Origin: Gemmatimonadaceae bacterium
GTDB lineage: Bacteria > Gemmatimonadota > Gemmatimonadetes > Gemmatimonadales > Gemmatimonadaceae
Length of the DNA: 60,475 bases
Assembly: GCA_040901985.1 (NCBI GenBank)
Contig: JBBDYC010000001.1
Location: 1 to 60,475, forward strand
Reading direction: 5' to 3'
The position numbers were made by a program, and so were the translations under genes. A model generated the notes under the pieces. The model was not told the DNA's origin, ran no database searches, and saw only the letters and a program-made list of their open reading frames with translations. Positions 58,175 to 60,475 of this stretch are shown here, piece after piece (the first letter of the stretch is position 1; every line of letters begins with the position of its first letter).

Positions 58175-60475
58175 ATGATCCGACACTCGATCAGCCTCGT
58201 TGCCGCGCTGACAGTCCTCGCCGCGCCCCTCACGGCCCAGCAGCCGGCCGGCGGGGCCGGCGGCGCGCCCGCCGGGAATCAAGGCACCGCCCGTCGCGCA
58301 CCGCGGCCCTATGCGCAGGTCATCACCGACAAGGCGGTCTCGGACGACGGGATGCTGACCGTGCACAAGGTGGAGGAGCGCTGGTTCTTCGAGTTTCCCG
58401 ACTCCCTGCTCGGCCGCGACCAGCTCCTCGTCACGCGACTCGCTGGCGTCCCCGCCGGCGTCGGCGGCTTCCTCTCCGCCGGCACGAGCGTCAACGAACG
58501 CCTCGTCCGCTTCGAGCGGAATGGCGATCGGATCATCCTCCGGGCACTGAGCACGGCCGCCTACGCCGACGACTCGCTGGCCATCGCGCTCTCGGTGCGG
58601 ATGAACAATATCGGCCCGGTGCTGGCGGCCTTCCCGATCCAGGCCTTTGGCAGGGACAGCGCGTCGTACGTCCTCGATGTCACCGACGTCCTCTCCGGCG
58701 ACACGCCGGCGCTCTCCGGACTGACGGCCGGCCAACGCCGCACCTATCAGGTGCGCCGCTTCGACGCCGCCCGATCCTCGCTCGACGCCATCCGCAGCTT
58801 CCCGATGAACGTCGAGGTCTCGCAGACCCAGACGTTCGATGCCGGCGCCCCGCCCGCCGACGCCGACGCCGCGACGATCACCCTCCAGGTGCGGCAGTCG
58901 CTCGTCCTCCTCTCCAGGGAGCCGATGCGCCCCCGCTTCGCCGACGCGCGCGTCGGATTCTTCACGGTCACGCGCGTCAACTACGGACTCGACGAACTGA
59001 AGGCAGAGACCGAACGCTTCATCCGCCGCTGGCGGCTCGAACCGTCGGACCCGGTGGCGTACGCCCGCGGCGAGCTGGTCGAACCGGTCAAGCCGATCGT
59101 CTACTATCTCGACCCGGCCACGCCGCCGCAGTGGCGGCCATACGTCCGCGCCGGCATCAACGCCTGGGCTGCGGTCTTCGAGCATGCCGGCTTCAAGAAC
59201 GCCGTGCAGGCCAAGGATCCGCCGAGCCCGAGCGAGGACCCCGACTGGGATCCGGAGGATATCCGCCATTCGGTGGTGCGCTGGGCCGCCTCCACGGTGC
59301 GCAACGCCGTCGGGCCGAGCACCTCGGATCCGCGCTCGGGGGAGATCATCGAGAGCGACATCACCTGGTACCACAACCACATGCGCTCCTACCGCAACCG
59401 GCTCCTGATCGAGACGGGCGCGGCGAATCCGGCCGCGCGGACGCTCAACATCCCCGAGGAGCTGATGGGGGAGACGATGACGCAGGTCATCACGCACGAG
59501 GTCGGTCACGCGCTCGGCCTCCCGCACAACATGATCGCCTCGGCGTCGTTCCCGACCGACTCGCTGCGCTCGCGCAGCTTCACGTCGCGCTACGGCGTCT
59601 CGGCGACAATCATGGATTACGCGCGCCAGAACTACATCGCCCAGCCGGGCGACGGGCTCGAGCCGAAGGACTTCATTCGCCGCCTCGGACCCTTTGACGA
59701 ATTCGCCATCGAGTGGGGATACCGCGTCTTCCCGCAGGCGCCCACGCCGGCGGCCGAACTGCCACTCCTCGACGCGATGCTCAAGAACTCAGCCGGGATG
59801 TTCGCGTATCGGTACCTCCCGCAGGGCCTCGTCGGCACCGATCCGCGCGCGCAGACGGAGGACCTCGGCGACGACCCGGTGCGGTCCACGACCTACGCGA
59901 TCGCCAACCTCAAGCGCGTGGTGCCGAATCTCGTCGCCTGGACGACGACTGCCGGGAAGGACTATGGCGAGCTCGCGGAGATCCACGGGGAACTGCTCGG
60001 GATGTGGTCCACGTATATGGGTCACGTGGCGAACGTCGTCGGCGGGATGCAGGTGGATGCGAAGGTCGCGGACCAGGCCGGCGCGGTCTGGCAGGTGGTG
60101 CCGGTGGCGCGACAGCGCGCGGCATTGCGCTACTTGGGGGCGGAGGCCTTCACGACGCCGCACTGGCTGCTTCCGGCGGACGTGCTGAGCCGGATCGGTC
60201 CCTCCGGGCGCGCGACGCTCGCGGCGCGGCAGGCGGCGCTGCTCACCACGCTGACCACGCCGGCGCGGCTCGACCGGATGTTGCAGGCGGCGGTCCTTCA
60301 GCCGGGTGTCGGCTACTCGGTGAGCGACTATCTCACCGAGCTCACGCGTCTCGTGACCGTTCCGGCCGGCTCGGACGAGCACCGGCGCCAGTTGCAGCGC
60401 GTCTATCTCGAGCGTCTCGAAGCACTGATGGATCCGCCGCCGGCGCCGCCGGCGCCGACCACCTGCCCCGGGGGG
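58175..60475 (+). CDS. Secreted zinc-dependent metalloprotease (DUF5117/DUF5118/EcxA-like), 3'-partial
   Basis: Own translation (absent from the ORF track because there is no stop): signal peptide, PM.PRFAD.RVGFF, GELVEPVKPIVYYLDP, HEVGHALGLPHN, IMDYAR.NY. Confidence 0.88.
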   Translation, partial: MIRHSISLVAALTVLAAPLTAQQPAGGAGGAPAGNQGTARRAPRPYAQVITDKAVSDDGMLTVHKVEERWFFEFPDSLLGRDQLLVTRLAGVPAGVGGFLSAGTSVNERLVRFERNGDRIILRALSTAAYADDSLAIALSVRMNNIGPVLAAFPIQAFGRDSASYVLDVTDVLSGDTPALSGLTAGQRRTYQVRRFDAARSSLDAIRSFPMNVEVSQTQTFDAGAPPADADAATITLQVRQSLVLLSREPMRPRFADARVGFFTVTRVNYGLDELKAETERFIRRWRLEPSDPVAYARGELVEPVKPIVYYLDPATPPQWRPYVRAGINAWAAVFEHAGFKNAVQAKDPPSPSEDPDWDPEDIRHSVVRWAASTVRNAVGPSTSDPRSGEIIESDITWYHNHMRSYRNRLLIETGAANPAARTLNIPEELMGETMTQVITHEVGHALGLPHNMIASASFPTDSLRSRSFTSRYGVSATIMDYARQNYIAQPGDGLEPKDFIRRLGPFDEFAIEWGYRVFPQAPTPAAELPLLDAMLKNSAGMFAYRYLPQGLVGTDPRAQTEDLGDDPVRSTTYAIANLKRVVPNLVAWTTTAGKDYGELAEIHGELLGMWSTYMGHVANVVGGMQVDAKVADQAGAVWQVVPVARQRAALRYLGAEAFTTPHWLLPADVLSRIGPSGRATLAARQAALLTTLTTPARLDRMLQAAVLQPGVGYSVSDYLTELTRLVTVPAGSDEHRRQLQRVYLERLEALMDPPPAPPAPTTCPGG

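Noticed and set aside
60430..60475. Pro-rich, G-run sequence at the window end
   Set aside because: Low-complexity edge sequence, possibly contig-end noise; not interpretable.
1..60475. tRNA, rRNA, riboswitch, prophage or known anti-phage defence genes
   Set aside because: None recognised by eye; a covariance-model and HMM scan would be needed to exclude them.

Overview
High-GC bacterial chromosomal segment, probably Gemmatimonadota (inferred from the 'L..RY..ERELG.GGMATV.LA.D..H.R.VA.KVL' kinase family and the ADOP permease). It runs from the 3' end of rpoC to rpsL-rpsG and a partial Zn-metalloprotease gene; fusA does not follow rpsG. About 56 kb of accessory and metabolic DNA lies between rpoC and rpsL: a mycobacterial Sdh1-like succinate dehydrogenase operon; an M16 peptidase pair; a copper-resistance cluster (cupredoxin, CopA, leader-like ORF, CusCBA-like efflux, CsoR) with two matching operator-like sites; a ~15 kb mosaic island (25212-40045); a Mo-hydroxylase/NCS1/cyclase/amidase operon converging on a MatB-like CoA ligase; and a wHTH-regulated uppS-paralog operon. 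The best novelty candidates are two. (1) In the island, five IS91/ISCR-like rolling-circle 'ori' ends alternate with intact cargo genes (three Ser/Thr kinases, an S8 protease, an SGNH-like lipoprotein) in a cassette-like array. (2) The Mo-hydroxylase cluster may encode a non-canonical oxidative pyrimidine (barbiturate to malonate) pathway. All product calls come from motif recognition by eye; no database searches were run.
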